Origin: an uncultured Acidobacteriota bacterium
GTDB lineage: Bacteria; Acidobacteriota; Terriglobia; Terriglobales; Acidobacteriaceae
Reading direction: 5' to 3'
DNA: 64,000 nt
Assembly: GCA_963788645.1 (NCBI GenBank)
Contig: CAWBHF010000021.1
Span: forward strand, 3,410 to 67,409
Shown: positions 51,061 through 61,648 of the stretch, piece after piece
Position numbering within the stretch: position 1 is the stretch's first letter
Layout: each line of letters starts with the position of its first letter
Translations under genes and position numbers: made by a program
The notes under the pieces: model-generated
The model's input: the letters and a program-made list of their open reading frames with translations, nothing else
Database searches by the model: none
What the model was told of the DNA's origin: nothing

Positions 51061-53066
51061 CGCCGAACCTTTATCTTTGGGTGATTCCGGTGCTGCCGCT
51101 CGTCGGCGCTGCCATCAACGGTCTGTTCGGGAAGCGCTTTTCCCGGCGGACGGTTTCGGCGACCGCGCTTGGATTCTGCGGGGCAGCGTTTCTCATGGTC
51201 CTGTGGATCTTGGCTCAGTTTTCTACGTTGACTTTGCCACACTTGGAAAGCCTGGCACCGTGGATTCGCGCCGGCGATTTCCAGGTGGACTTTGGCTTTT
51301 ACGTTGATCAACTCTCTCTGGTGATGCTGCTAGTCGTTACCGGGGTCGGCTTCCTTATTCACATTTACTCGGTTGGCTACATGTGGGAGGAGGACGGATT
51401 CTACCGGTTCTTCGCATACCTCAACCTCTTCATGTTCTTCATGCTGACGCTGGTGCTGGCCAGCAATTATCTGTTGATGTTTGTCGGATGGGAAGGTGTG
51501 GGGCTAGCGTCTTATCTGCTGATCGGATTCTGGTTCACCAAAGATTCCGCCGCTTCTGCGGGCAAGAAGGCGTTCATCGTTAATCGCATTGGCGACTTCG
51601 GATTCCTGATCGCGTTGTTTTTGATGATCAAGCATTTTGGCTCGCTCAACTTTGCGCAGGTCTTTCGGATCGTTGACGCAATGCCCGTGGAAACTGCTGG
51701 GGCTGGTTTGTTGACCGCGATCGGATTGCTGCTGATGGTGGGCGCTGCCGGAAAATCCGCCCAGCTTCCGCTTTATGTCTGGCTGCCGGACGCGATGGAA
51801 GGTCCGACGCCGGTTTCCGCGCTGATCCACGCGGCGACCATGGTGACCGCGGGGGTCTACATGGTCGCGCGCTCGCACATGGTTTTCGATCGCGCGCCGC
51901 AGGCTCTGATGGTGGTCGCAATCGTCGGGACATTGACTGCGTTATTTGCAGCGACGATTGGCGTTTGCCAGACTGACATTAAGAAAGTTCTCGCGTACTC
52001 TACGATTTCGCAGTTGGGCTACATGTTTATGGCTTGTGGCGTGGCCGCGTATTCGGCGGGAATTTTTCACTTGATGACTCACGCGTTCTTCAAAGGATTG
52101 TTGTTTTTGGCGGCTGGTTCAGTAATCCATGCGATTGGCGGCGAGCAGGACATGCGCCGCATGGGCGGTTTGCGGCGTTACATTCCATGGACATTCTGGA
52201 CCATGACGACAGCGACGTTTGCGATCTCCGGATTTCCGCCATTCGCGGGCTTCTTCAGCAAAGACAGAATTCTGTGGAAGGCGTTCTCAAGTCCATACGG
52301 AAGCTGGGTTTTCTGGGCGATCGGTGTGTTCACAGCTTTCTTAACTTCCTTCTATATGTTTCGGCTCTGGTTCCTGACATTTTTTGGTGAATACCGCGGT
52401 GAAGACGCTGGTCATGGCGACGAGCATGTTCATGCACTTGGCAGTTCGCGTGCGGGAGCGCCCGCGTCACACGGGCATGGCGGTATTCACGAGAGCCCGC
52501 GAATCATGCTTGTCCCTCTTGTGATTCTGGCATTGCTTTCGATTTGCGGTGGCTGGGCCGGAGGCGAGCGCTTCGACAGGTTCCTTTCGCCGGTGCTTCA
52601 TGCTGGCGTGACCGCTTCTTCGCAAGAGGAGGCGACTGGGACTCCCGCACCGGAACAGAAGGAGCATGGCGGTTTGGAAACCTTGTTGGAGGGCATTTCG
52701 GTCCTTGCTGCTGCCTCGGGATTCGCTCTTGCTTGGCTCCTATATTACCTGCGGCCTCAGTTGCCGCATGAAATTGCTCACGCGTTAGGTGGTTTCTACG
52801 AAACGGTGGTCCACAAGTATTACGTGGATGAGATTTATGCAGCAGTCTTTGTGAAGCCTCTCATCGATGGTTCGACGCGGATTCTCTGGCACGGCATCGA
52901 TCAGGATGTGATCGACGCGACGCTCGATAACAGCGCCGAAGGGGCTCGCGAGGTCTCTGATGCCGTGCGACACATGCAGTCTGGCAATCTTCGTTCTTAC
53001 GCGGGATGGATCGCTGCGGGCGCGGCCGTGGTGATCGCGTACATGGTCTGGATGGGAACACGATGA
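51057..53066 (+). CDS. nuoL: NADH-quinone oxidoreductase subunit L
   Basis: Internal Met of ORF 50913-53066 (ATGA overlap with nuoK): [22 protein letters not shown]... It has antiporter-like motifs ([51 protein letters not shown]). Confidence 0.95.
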   Translation: MTPNLYLWVIPVLPLVGAAINGLFGKRFSRRTVSATALGFCGAAFLMVLWILAQFSTLTLPHLESLAPWIRAGDFQVDFGFYVDQLSLVMLLVVTGVGFLIHIYSVGYMWEEDGFYRFFAYLNLFMFFMLTLVLASNYLLMFVGWEGVGLASYLLIGFWFTKDSAASAGKKAFIVNRIGDFGFLIALFLMIKHFGSLNFAQVFRIVDAMPVETAGAGLLTAIGLLLMVGAAGKSAQLPLYVWLPDAMEGPTPVSALIHAATMVTAGVYMVARSHMVFDRAPQALMVVAIVGTLTALFAATIGVCQTDIKKVLAYSTISQLGYMFMACGVAAYSAGIFHLMTHAFFKGLLFLAAGSVIHAIGGEQDMRRMGGLRRYIPWTFWTMTTATFAISGFPPFAGFFSKDRILWKAFSSPYGSWVFWAIGVFTAFLTSFYMFRLWFLTFFGEYRGEDAGHGDEHVHALGSSRAGAPASHGHGGIHESPRIMLVPLVILALLSICGGWAGGERFDRFLSPVLHAGVTASSQEEATGTPAPEQKEHGGLETLLEGISVLAAASGFALAWLLYYLRPQLPHEIAHALGGFYETVVHKYYVDEIYAAVFVKPLIDGSTRILWHGIDQDVIDATLDNSAEGAREVSDAVRHMQSGNLRSYAGWIAAGAAVVIAYMVWMGTR

Positions 53067-54577
53067 ACTCCGCTCTGGATAACTCAATACTGACGCTGGT
53101 CACGTTTATTCCGTTGGCCGGTGCACTTTTGCTGTTGCTGTTTCCACGGCGTGACCGCGATATCCGTTTGTTTGCTCTTGTAGTCTCATTGCTGGATTTT
53201 GTTCTTTCTTTGCACTTGCCAGTTCATTTCCAGCGAGGACAGCCCGGCTTTCAGTACGAAGTCAACAATCAATGGATTTCGAATCCCAATATTCATTACC
53301 ACATGGGGCTGGATGGGGTCTCGATGTGGCTGGTGGTCTTGACCACATTTCTTACACCCCTTTGCGTGCTCATCTCGTGGAAGTCGATTCATGAGCGGGT
53401 GAAAGAGTTCTTCATCTTGTTGTTGGTTCTACAGACTGCTCTAATCGGCGTTTTCGTTGCGCTCGACCTATTCCTGTTTTATTTTTTCTGGGAAGCCACG
53501 TTGATCCCGATGGCTTTGCTGATTGGCATTTACGGGCACGGACGACGCGTCTATGCGGCGGTGAAATTCTTTCTGTACACCATGGTCGCGTCCATGTTCA
53601 TGCTGGCAGCAATTCTGTGGCTTTACGCGAAGACCGGGACGTTTGATTTCGTCAGCATTCAGAATGCGATTCACAGCGGTCAGGTCGATAATTTCGCTGG
53701 CGCTGCGATCTGGCTTTTTCTGGGATTCTTCGTCGCGTTTGCCGTAAAAGTCCCCGTCTTCCCTTTTCATACCTGGCTGCCGGACGCCCACGTAGAAGCG
53801 CCAACTGCGGGTTCGGTTCTGCTGGCCGGCGTCCTGCTCAAGATGGGCACTTACGGTATGTTCCGCTTCAATCTCGGACTGTTTCCCGAGCAGTCGCGGA
53901 GCAACGCTTCGTGGATCATGGTGCTGGCGCTGATTGGCATTGTGTACGGTGCGCTAGTCGCGATGGTGCAGCCGAATATGAAGAAGCTGATCGCGTACTC
54001 TTCGATCAGCCACCTTGGATTCGTGGTGCTGGGGATTTTCAGCTTCACGCAGGCCGGGCTTGATGGCGCGACTTTCGTCATGCTGGCCCATGGCGTTTCC
54101 ACGGGCGCGCTGTTCATGCTGGCGGGTATTCTCTATGAGCGACGCCACACCTATGAGATCGCCGAGTTCGGCGGCCTCGCCACTCCGATGCCGGTCTATG
54201 CGACTTTTTTTCTGTTCATTGTGCTTGCCTCCGTGGGATTGCCTCTGCTGAATGGCTTTGTCGGTGAGTTTCTAGTGTTGAGCGGTGCATTCCGCGATCG
54301 CGCCGTTTATGGAATCCTGGGGGCAACCGGCGTGATCTGGAGCGCCTGTTATTTGCTCTGGATGTACCAGCGAGTCTTCTACGGAAAAGTGACGCACCCG
54401 GTGAATCAGACATTGCCCGACCTGAGCGGACGCGAACGGGCGGCTCTGTGGCCGGCCGCGGCTGCTGCTTTGGTGATGGGCGCTGCACCTCTGCTCTGGC
54501 TGAACTCCATTGATCCCGCTGTGCAGAACGCGTTGGCTCCGTTTGCGCAAGTTGCCAGCAAGGTGGTGGGCCGTTGA
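53063..54577 (+). CDS. nuoM: NADH-quinone oxidoreductase subunit M
   Basis: Internal Met of ORF 53006-54577 (ATGA overlap with nuoL): [21 protein letters not shown]...FFWEATLIPMALLIG...KVPVFPFHTWLPDAHVEAPTAGSVLLAG. Confidence 0.95.
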   Translation: MNSALDNSILTLVTFIPLAGALLLLLFPRRDRDIRLFALVVSLLDFVLSLHLPVHFQRGQPGFQYEVNNQWISNPNIHYHMGLDGVSMWLVVLTTFLTPLCVLISWKSIHERVKEFFILLLVLQTALIGVFVALDLFLFYFFWEATLIPMALLIGIYGHGRRVYAAVKFFLYTMVASMFMLAAILWLYAKTGTFDFVSIQNAIHSGQVDNFAGAAIWLFLGFFVAFAVKVPVFPFHTWLPDAHVEAPTAGSVLLAGVLLKMGTYGMFRFNLGLFPEQSRSNASWIMVLALIGIVYGALVAMVQPNMKKLIAYSSISHLGFVVLGIFSFTQAGLDGATFVMLAHGVSTGALFMLAGILYERRHTYEIAEFGGLATPMPVYATFFLFIVLASVGLPLLNGFVGEFLVLSGAFRDRAVYGILGATGVIWSACYLLWMYQRVFYGKVTHPVNQTLPDLSGRERAALWPAAAAALVMGAAPLLWLNSIDPAVQNALAPFAQVASKVVGR

Positions 54578-56040
54578 GCGGCGCCAACGAGTTGACGCAA
54601 GCGATTCCCCAGGCGGCTGATTACATCCGCATTCTGCCTGAAATTGTGCTGGCGATCTTTGGCATGATCGTGATGGTGCTCGATCCCCTGATGGACGAGC
54701 GCCGCAGTCAAAAGACATTCGGAATGATTGCGCTGATTGGATCACTGGCAGCGGTGGCCGCGACTTTGTTTCAGTCGCAATATCCGGGGCTGGGCTTCTG
54801 GAACATGGTTCGAGTCGACAGCTTCAGCGTCTTTTTCCATTTTCTGGTCACAGCCGTAACCGCGGTTGTAATACTCAGTTCTTTCGAGTACATGGAAGTG
54901 CAGGGGATTCGCGCTGGAGAATATTATGCGCTGGTCTTGTTTGGCGCGCTCGGGATGAGCCTGATGTCCTCGGCAGTGGAGCTGGTGCTAATCTTTATTG
55001 CGCTCGAAATCTCCTCGATCTCCACGTACATCCTGGCGGGGTTTCGCCGCCGTGCCGCCATCAGCAGTGAATCCTCGGTCAAGTACTTCCTGCTCGGCTC
55101 GTTCGCGACGGCATTCTTTCTTTATGGTGTCGCGTTGATGTTCGGCGCCACGGGTTCGACCAGCATCAGCGTAATTGGCGATGCCCTCCACCTGGGAGCC
55201 GCCCCCATCCTCGCCTATGTGGGGGTTGCGTTGATGTTCGTGGGGCTCGGTTTCAAAGTGGCAGCGGCCCCGTTCCACATATGGACTCCTGACGTATATG
55301 AAGGCGCACCTGCGCCGGTGGTTGGATTCATGTCTACCGCTCCCAAGGCGGCGGTGTTTGCTGTGCTGTTGCGAATTATGTTCGAGGCGAACGCCCCGGG
55401 GCGGCTGTGGTTGATTTGGGTCGCGGCGGCGCTGTCGATGACCATCGGTAACCTTGGGGCTCTGGTTCAAGATAACGTCAAGCGGCTGTTGGCCTATTCT
55501 TCCATCGCTCACGCCGGGTATCTGCTGGTTGCCTTCGCGGCTTTGCCGAACAACGGGATTCCGGCAGCCATGTTTTATGCCGCCTCTTATGCCGCGATGA
55601 ACCTAGGAGCCTTTGCCGTGATCAGCCACATCGGCGGCGAGGGCGAACGTTATGTGACGTTCGAAGATTACGAGGGCCTGGGGCGCCGCAGTCCGCTACT
55701 GGCGGCAATTCTGACAATTTTTCTTTTATCCCTGATCGGCATTCCGATTACAGGTGGGTTTTTCGCCAAGTTCTATGTATTCAGCGCGGCGTTGCAGGCG
55801 AATCTTGTTGGCCTTGTGATTATCGGCGTCCTCAATAGTGCGGTTGCGTCTTATTATTACTTGCGGTTGATTGTCGTGATGTATATGCGCGAAGCGCGAG
55901 AGGAAGTGCCGGTCTCGCCGGTTCCACTTGGGCTCGGAGCGGCTCTAGCAATCAGCCTGGTGGCAACAATCTATCTCGGTGTGCTCCCCGGACGGGTGCT
56001 GGACTATGCCGCCCGCACCGCGGCTGAATGGTCACGTTAG
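54574..56040 (+). CDS. nuoN: NADH-quinone oxidoreductase subunit N
   Basis: 488 aa with a TTG start overlapping the nuoM TGA: FKVAAAPFHIWTPDVYEGAPAPVVGFMSTAPKAA...LLAYSSIAHAGY. Confidence 0.9.
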   Translation: MSGANELTQAIPQAADYIRILPEIVLAIFGMIVMVLDPLMDERRSQKTFGMIALIGSLAAVAATLFQSQYPGLGFWNMVRVDSFSVFFHFLVTAVTAVVILSSFEYMEVQGIRAGEYYALVLFGALGMSLMSSAVELVLIFIALEISSISTYILAGFRRRAAISSESSVKYFLLGSFATAFFLYGVALMFGATGSTSISVIGDALHLGAAPILAYVGVALMFVGLGFKVAAAPFHIWTPDVYEGAPAPVVGFMSTAPKAAVFAVLLRIMFEANAPGRLWLIWVAAALSMTIGNLGALVQDNVKRLLAYSSIAHAGYLLVAFAALPNNGIPAAMFYAASYAAMNLGAFAVISHIGGEGERYVTFEDYEGLGRRSPLLAAILTIFLLSLIGIPITGGFFAKFYVFSAALQANLVGLVIIGVLNSAVASYYYLRLIVVMYMREAREEVPVSPVPLGLGAALAISLVATIYLGVLPGRVLDYAARTAAEWSR

Positions 56041-56053
56041 CCGGACCAGCCAT

Positions 56054-56764
56054 TCATTCCACGGCGACCGCGATATCCACGTGCGCGAAAATGCGGGCTG
56101 AGAGCAGCCAGAATGCCAGCGTTTCTGCCCCCGCCAATAAGATAGGAAACCAGGAGACCGCTCCTGGGGAATCAAAAGAAGAATTCACCACGGTCGCTCC
56201 GAGTTGCCAGACTGGAATTACATATCCCCACCGCGGTCCAAGAATTTGGCCAGCGAGAGCTGGAATGCCCAAGACCATCGCGGTGGCGCCGGCGGCAAAG
56301 AAAGGGTTGAGGAACGTGGAAAACATCAGAGCGACCGTGCCGGCCAACGCGCAGGCGGCAACCAGGCAAGTCATGAGGAACCAGACGTGCGAGATGGGAA
56401 AGCCCGCCTCCCCTAATGTCCAGCTTCCGGTCATGCCGAGAGCGAAACAATAGACCACGCACGCAATGGTTACCCCTAACACCAGCCCCGAAAGATATTG
56501 TTGGCGTCCCACAGCCTTCGAGAGTACGGCTAGAATCCGGCGGGACCTGCGCTCGTTGTAGATGGCGGAACCGCCAAAGAATATACTGAACGCGGAGACG
56601 TACACCGCATCGAGTTTGAAAACGAACAGCAAGTCCTCGCGCTGGCGATGAATATCGGAAATCAGCCCGAGAAACGCCAGCAGCAAAACCCACAGCAGCA
56701 GAGTAAGCATGGGCCAGCGCTGTTCGCGGGCGAAATTGATTGCGATCAACAGAACTGGCTTCAC
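56054..56764 (-). CDS. Multi-TM membrane protein; putative ABC-2-type permease partner of the adjacent ATPase
   Basis: 236 aa with about 6 hydrophobic helices. The GTG start overlaps the stop of the ATPase gene (GTGA). Confidence 0.7.
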   Translation of the reverse strand: MKPVLLIAINFAREQRWPMLTLLLWVLLLAFLGLISDIHRQREDLLFVFKLDAVYVSAFSIFFGGSAIYNERRSRRILAVLSKAVGRQQYLSGLVLGVTIACVVYCFALGMTGSWTLGEAGFPISHVWFLMTCLVAACALAGTVALMFSTFLNPFFAAGATAMVLGIPALAGQILGPRWGYVIPVWQLGATVVNSSFDSPGAVSWFPILLAGAETLAFWLLSARIFAHVDIAVAVE

Positions 56765-57684
56765 TGAATGCCTTTCGGGACGCCAGGTTGCGGATCAGCC
56801 GTTACTTCCAGAAAAATCTCTTCCAGCGTGCGTCGCACCGGATTAACGCTGACCACTTCACCGCCCAGGTTCCAGACTCTTTCGAGGGCTGCGCGTTGGT
56901 CGTTAATGGGCACGGAAAAGCTCACAACTCCATCCCGGGCCACTCCACCTTGAAATTGCGATGCGGCAATGGCGCGCACCACAATTTTAGTTTGCTCACC
57001 AGCTTGAAGAAGATCCGATGTCCGCCCGATGCGCGCCAGTCTACCCCGATGCAGCACTGCGACTCGATCACACACCAACTCCACTTCAGAAAGCAAATGG
57101 GAGCTCAAAAATACGGTTTTGCCAGCATTGCGTGCGCCCAGTAGCAACTCACGGACCATCACACGCGACAAGGGATCGAGGGCTGAAGTGGGCTCGTCCA
57201 GAATCAATAAGTCGGGATCATTGACTATAGCCTGTGCTAACCCAATGCGTTGGAGCATGCCGCGGGAAAACTTGCCGGCGTTGCGATTCGCATGATCCTG
57301 CAGACCTACAATTTCCAGGACCTGCCGGGCCCGGTTCTCGAGATGAGTTCCGCTCATCCCGTTGAGGGCACCGTAGAACCGGATCAAGCGTTCAGCACGG
57401 CGGTGGTAGAGGGCGACGTTCTCGGCGAGAAAGCCCACGCGCCGGCGGGTGCCCGCGTGACCAAAAGGTTGTCCGAGCAAGCGACCACTGCCGCTCGTGG
57501 GCCGCATAAAGCCCATGGCCAGGTGAATCGCGGTGCTCTTGCCCGCACCGTTGGGTCCTAGGAACCCGAAAATTTCTCCTGCCTCCACGGTAAGGCTGAA
57601 ACTCTCCAAAGCGCGAAGGCGACGCTTACTGGCAAAGCTGCGATACTCTTTCGTAATATTGTCGAACTCGAGCACAAACTGCAT
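56761..57684 (-). CDS. ABC transporter ATP-binding protein
   Basis: 307 aa. Walker A is GPNGAGKST, the signature is FSRGMLQRIGLAQA, and Walker B is LLILDEPTSALD. Confidence 0.95.
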   Translation of the reverse strand: MQFVLEFDNITKEYRSFASKRRLRALESFSLTVEAGEIFGFLGPNGAGKSTAIHLAMGFMRPTSGSGRLLGQPFGHAGTRRRVGFLAENVALYHRRAERLIRFYGALNGMSGTHLENRARQVLEIVGLQDHANRNAGKFSRGMLQRIGLAQAIVNDPDLLILDEPTSALDPLSRVMVRELLLGARNAGKTVFLSSHLLSEVELVCDRVAVLHRGRLARIGRTSDLLQAGEQTKIVVRAIAASQFQGGVARDGVVSFSVPINDQRAALERVWNLGGEVVSVNPVRRTLEEIFLEVTADPQPGVPKGIQ

Positions 57685-57826
57685 CGCCGTTTATTCTAAA
57701 TGGCTTGCGGGACCAACGCTGGCCGGATACCATGAATTCAGGGCGGGGATACAAGTTGGAATTGACAATCGGGTCTCCCCCCTGCATGATAGTCGCGCGC
57801 AACAACACTAACAGTGGAGGGGCAAT

Positions 57827-57994
57827 ATGTCGAAGTGGATGAAACGGCTGTGGTTTGACGACGAGGGCCAGGATATTGCGGAGTATGCGGTCATGTTGGC
57901 AGTGATTCTGGTTCTGGTAGTCGGAACGGTGAGGTTAATCGGCAGCAGTTCGAATAACGTTTTCTCTTCAGTCGCGAGCTCGATCGGTCAGTAG
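57827..57994 (+). CDS. flp: Flp/Fap-family type IVb pilin (not in the ORF track)
   Basis: My translation is MSKWMKRLWFDDEGQDIAEYAVMLAVILVLVVGTVRLIGSSSNNVFSSVASSIGQ. It carries the G-x4-EY Flp motif followed by a hydrophobic helix. The RBS GGAGGGG lies upstream. Confidence 0.8.
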   Translation: MSKWMKRLWFDDEGQDIAEYAVMLAVILVLVVGTVRLIGSSSNNVFSSVASSIGQ

Positions 57995-58067
57995 GCCGCG
58001 CGGGAAGGTCGGCAGCCGATGACCTTCACCGCTTGGAGTTCCGACGCAAGTTCCGGATCGAAGTGGG

Positions 58068-59528
58068 TCAGGAAACCGATTGGAGCCCGGACTGGTCTGC
58101 CCTGTACTGCTTTAGCTTGTGATAAAGAGAACTGCGCGGAATGCCAAGCTTCCTCGCAGCCAATTGGACCCGCCCACGCTCTTTGCGCAGCACCTGCTGA
58201 ATGTAATTACGCTCCATCTCTTCTAAGGTCTTGAACTGGCCAATGCCCGATAGGTATTGCTCGATCTGGGCGTCAAAACGAAAGTCCAGATCGGTCGAGA
58301 CATCTTTTCCAGCAACAAGGACAACACGTTCCAAAACATTTCTGAGTTCCCTAATGTTTCCCGGCCAGGAGTACCCTTGCAAGGCTCGTAGTGCCACTCC
58401 ACTCAGTTCCAAAGATCCGATTGCGATATCGGCCGTCAATTCGCCAAGGATGTGGGCGCTTAGCATGGGTATGTCCTCGGCTCGCTCCCGCAGAGGTGGT
58501 ACGGAAAGAGAAATCCAGCTGATGCGATCATACAAATCGCCGCGAAATTGTTTGCGGAGTACCGCAGATGCGATGGCCTGTTGAGTGGCTGCGATCAATC
58601 GAATGTCCACTCGTCGATCAGAAACTTCTCCGAGCCTGCGAAATTGTTTCTCCTCCACGACCTTCACCAGTTTCGACTGAACGGGGAGTTCCACGTTTTC
58701 AATCTCGTCGAGGAAAATCGTTCCCCTGTGGGCGATTTCCAGCAGCCCGGCTCTACTCGGCAACACCTCTCCGAGAGCATCGTGATCGCCGCCAAACAGA
58801 TTCGTTTCCAGAAGGTTATCGTCTAATTTGCTACAATTCAGATTCACAAAAGGCTCGGAAGCTCTTGGACCATTTCGATGCAGCCAAGATGCGATCGTCC
58901 CCTTGCCGGTACCGGTTTCGCCCTGGACTAAGGCAGGAGTGTCACTCAATGCAACCTTATGGGCGAGATCTGCGAGTCTTTTTATGCTGTCGCTCTTCCC
59001 CAGGAAGGGATCAGTAGTTCGGCGACCGTTGATGTCTTCCGCCAATTGCTGACGACGATTTCGCTGATTCTCCAAACTGCGCTGGATGAGCACATGGAGA
59101 GTGGACAATACCGCGGGTTTCGGCAAAAAGAGTTCTGCTCCCAGCTTGACTGCTTCAACCGCGAGATCAATCGAGCCATATCCGGTCAGAATAATGATGG
59201 GAATGGACGCATCGATCGCCTTTAGACGAGGTACGAGCGCAAGCGCGTCTCCGTCGGACAGAGAGTAGTCGAGGATAGCGACATCGGGCCGGGTTGTCCG
59301 CCAGATTTGCTCCGCAAGAGTGCAGGTCCCAGCCACCGCAATCTCGTAGCCTTTGTCCTCGAGATAGTCCCGCAATATTCCGCGAGTCTGTTTATCCTCT
59401 TCAACGATCAATATCCTTTGTCTGGGTGCTTTACTTCCTCGAGGGAAGGCCGATATTGTTCGTGAAGCGGAACTCGGTGTGAGCATGCCCAAGTCGTTCC
59501 TCCCTTCGCGTATGTTCTTTGCGGACAC
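58068..59528 (-). CDS. NtrC-family response regulator (REC + AAA+ + Fis-type HTH) with a degenerate GAFTGA loop
   Basis: 486 aa: ILIVEEDKQT...DVAILDYSLSDGD (REC), GETGTGKG (Walker A), GTIFLDEI (Walker B), C-terminal VQLAARKLGIPRSSLYHKLK. The expected ELFGHEKGAFTGA position reads NLFGGDHDALGEV. Confidence 0.9.
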   Translation of the reverse strand: MSAKNIREGRNDLGMLTPSSASRTISAFPRGSKAPRQRILIVEEDKQTRGILRDYLEDKGYEIAVAGTCTLAEQIWRTTRPDVAILDYSLSDGDALALVPRLKAIDASIPIIILTGYGSIDLAVEAVKLGAELFLPKPAVLSTLHVLIQRSLENQRNRRQQLAEDINGRRTTDPFLGKSDSIKRLADLAHKVALSDTPALVQGETGTGKGTIASWLHRNGPRASEPFVNLNCSKLDDNLLETNLFGGDHDALGEVLPSRAGLLEIAHRGTIFLDEIENVELPVQSKLVKVVEEKQFRRLGEVSDRRVDIRLIAATQQAIASAVLRKQFRGDLYDRISWISLSVPPLRERAEDIPMLSAHILGELTADIAIGSLELSGVALRALQGYSWPGNIRELRNVLERVVLVAGKDVSTDLDFRFDAQIEQYLSGIGQFKTLEEMERNYIQQVLRKERGRVQLAARKLGIPRSSLYHKLKQYRADQSGLQSVS

Positions 59529-59926
59529 ATGCTGAGCGGCCTGAGGGAGTGCCCCCGGCCGCGATGCGAAATCGCAACCCCTTCATAACACGCTGCGAGC
59601 AGATTACGAGCCAGTCTGCTCCGCTGTTACAAAAACGGAACAAGTACGAAGACAGTGGCGTCCCGGCGGTTCTGGCTTGTTCTGTTCGCATGGAACCTGC
59701 GGACGAATCAAATGTGGGAATAAGAGTCACCCAAACAAGGGTCCTTTGCCCGGTCAGGAATTTCGGGTTCTCGGGATTTCGGATTCTTGGGCGTAAAGAT
59801 TTCAAATTCACAAATCTTTAACAACCGCGTCACGCGGACGACATATGAACCGTCTAGCCTTTTGATTCCTCGGCAACGAACTCTTGCAGAATAGTAGTGA
59901 CAGTGGCCGGAGGATGGAGGAGAAAT

Positions 59927-61516
59927 ATGTTCAACCGTATCAGAGCATCAGCCACCCCCAGGAAAATGCTAGCTTTGCTGACAGCATTGACCACTGCCCT
60001 GGGACCGAGTGTTGTCCCCGCCTATGGAGCTTCACCGGCGCATAGGGAGAAAATGCCTATCCAGCACCTCGTAGTGATTTTCAACGAGAATGTTTCGTTC
60101 GACCATTATTTTGGAACCTACCCGGTCGCGCTGAACCCTAAGGGAGAACCGCCGTTCCATGCGAGACGTGGAACACCCACGGTAAACGGCCTCAATAATG
60201 CCTTGCTGAATTTCAATCCCAATCTAAATCCAGCCAACGGCAATGCGGCCTCGAACCCGTTCCGTCTCGATCGGTCTCAAGCGGTAACCAGCGATCAGGA
60301 TCACGATTACACGGCGGAACAGCAAGCTTTCGACGCCGGCCTGATGGATCTGTTCCCTGCCAATACCGGGGGAGGCAGCAACGAGGAAATGGGCTATTTC
60401 GACGGGAACACAGTGACCGCTCTGTGGCACTACGCCCAGTCTTTCGCGATGAGCGACAATTCCTTCGGCACAACCTTCGGTCCTTCGACCCCGGGAGTGC
60501 TTAACCTGGTATCGGGCCAGACCAATGGCGTTACCAGTACGTTGAACGGCACCGGCGATGAAGTGAACGGGGGCAGCGACGGATCACTCACCATGATCGG
60601 CGATGCGGACCCCATCGGGGATGTTTGCTCCAACCCGACTCGAGCCCAGGGACAAATGGGAGGAACCAACATTGGTGACCTATTGAGCGCCGCAGGTGTC
60701 ACTTGGGGAGGGTTCATGGGTGGTTTCAATCTGTCCATTGTCAACTCCAACGGCACTACTGGTTGCGCGAGAAGCTCGGCTGGACTCGCGGGGACAACGG
60801 CCGATTACATTCCGCATCACTCGCTTTTCGGCTACTACGCGTCGACCGGCAATCCGCAACACACGCGGCCAAAATCAATCGTTGAAATCGGACACGATGG
60901 TCCCGCTAATCATCAGTACGATACCGATGACTTTTTCGCTGCTGTCAAGGAAGGCAATTTCCCTGCCGTCAGCTTCTTGAAACCACCCGCTTATCAGGAC
61001 GGCCACGCTGGTTACTCGGACCCGATCGATGAGCAGAACTTCCTGGTCAGAGTCATCAACTTCCTGCAGGACCAGAGAGAATGGGACAGCACCGCCGTAG
61101 TCATTATGTATGACGATTCCGACGGATGGTATGACCACCAGATGGGGCCCATCGTCAACACCTCCACCGGGCCAGCCGATGCTCTTACCGGACCTAACGC
61201 TTGCGGTACGGCCGCCACTTCTCTCCCCGGCATTAACTCAAGTAACACGCATGCGCTTGGTCGTTGCGGTTACGGTCCACGGTTGCCCCTCGTGGTCATC
61301 TCCCCGTGGGCGAAGGAAAATTTCGTGGATCACACCGTAACCGACCAAACTTCGATCATTCGCTTTATCGAGGATAACTGGCTGGGTGGGCAGCGCATCG
61401 GTCAGGGATCTTTCGATGGGATCGCAAGCTCGATCGATCAAATGTTCGACTTCCGCGACAAGCGGAACGATGGTCGCTTGTTTCTCGATCCAAACACGGG
61501 TCAGCCGGCTCGATAG
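59927..61516 (+). CDS. Phosphoesterase-family protein (AcpA / phospholipase C-like), exported
   Basis: ORF 59897-61516; the ATG at 59927 follows GGAGGAG. The signal peptide is followed by IQHLVVIFNENVSFDHYFGTYP, which is typical of the phosphoesterase (PF04185-type) family. Confidence 0.85.
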   Translation: MFNRIRASATPRKMLALLTALTTALGPSVVPAYGASPAHREKMPIQHLVVIFNENVSFDHYFGTYPVALNPKGEPPFHARRGTPTVNGLNNALLNFNPNLNPANGNAASNPFRLDRSQAVTSDQDHDYTAEQQAFDAGLMDLFPANTGGGSNEEMGYFDGNTVTALWHYAQSFAMSDNSFGTTFGPSTPGVLNLVSGQTNGVTSTLNGTGDEVNGGSDGSLTMIGDADPIGDVCSNPTRAQGQMGGTNIGDLLSAAGVTWGGFMGGFNLSIVNSNGTTGCARSSAGLAGTTADYIPHHSLFGYYASTGNPQHTRPKSIVEIGHDGPANHQYDTDDFFAAVKEGNFPAVSFLKPPAYQDGHAGYSDPIDEQNFLVRVINFLQDQREWDSTAVVIMYDDSDGWYDHQMGPIVNTSTGPADALTGPNACGTAATSLPGINSSNTHALGRCGYGPRLPLVVISPWAKENFVDHTVTDQTSIIRFIEDNWLGGQRIGQGSFDGIASSIDQMFDFRDKRNDGRLFLDPNTGQPAR

Positions 61517-61648
61517 AGTTGGCAGTCTGCATCACCCACCGAATTTCGTGGGCGAAGCCAAACGGGCATGCGAGCCTACTCCTCACATGCCCGTTGCTTT
61601 TTATGAGCTAGTCGTCGTGCAAAACCTCGCAGCGGCCGGCGGTAGGAC

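Noticed and set aside
50150-53066. N-terminal extensions of nuoJ, nuoL, nuoM and nuoD suggested by the ORF track (starts at 50150, 50913, 53006 and 43498)
   Set aside because: The extensions overlap the preceding genes by 60-150 nt and translate to non-membrane, Arg/Gly-rich sequence. Internal Met codons give canonical N-termini and ATGA-type coupling.
57684-57826. Sigma-54 promoter (TGGCAC-N5-TTGC) upstream of flp or around the NtrC-like gene
   Set aside because: The TGGC-containing strings present (TGGCTTGCGGG, TGGCCGGATACC) do not have the GG/GC elements at the required 10-nt spacing.
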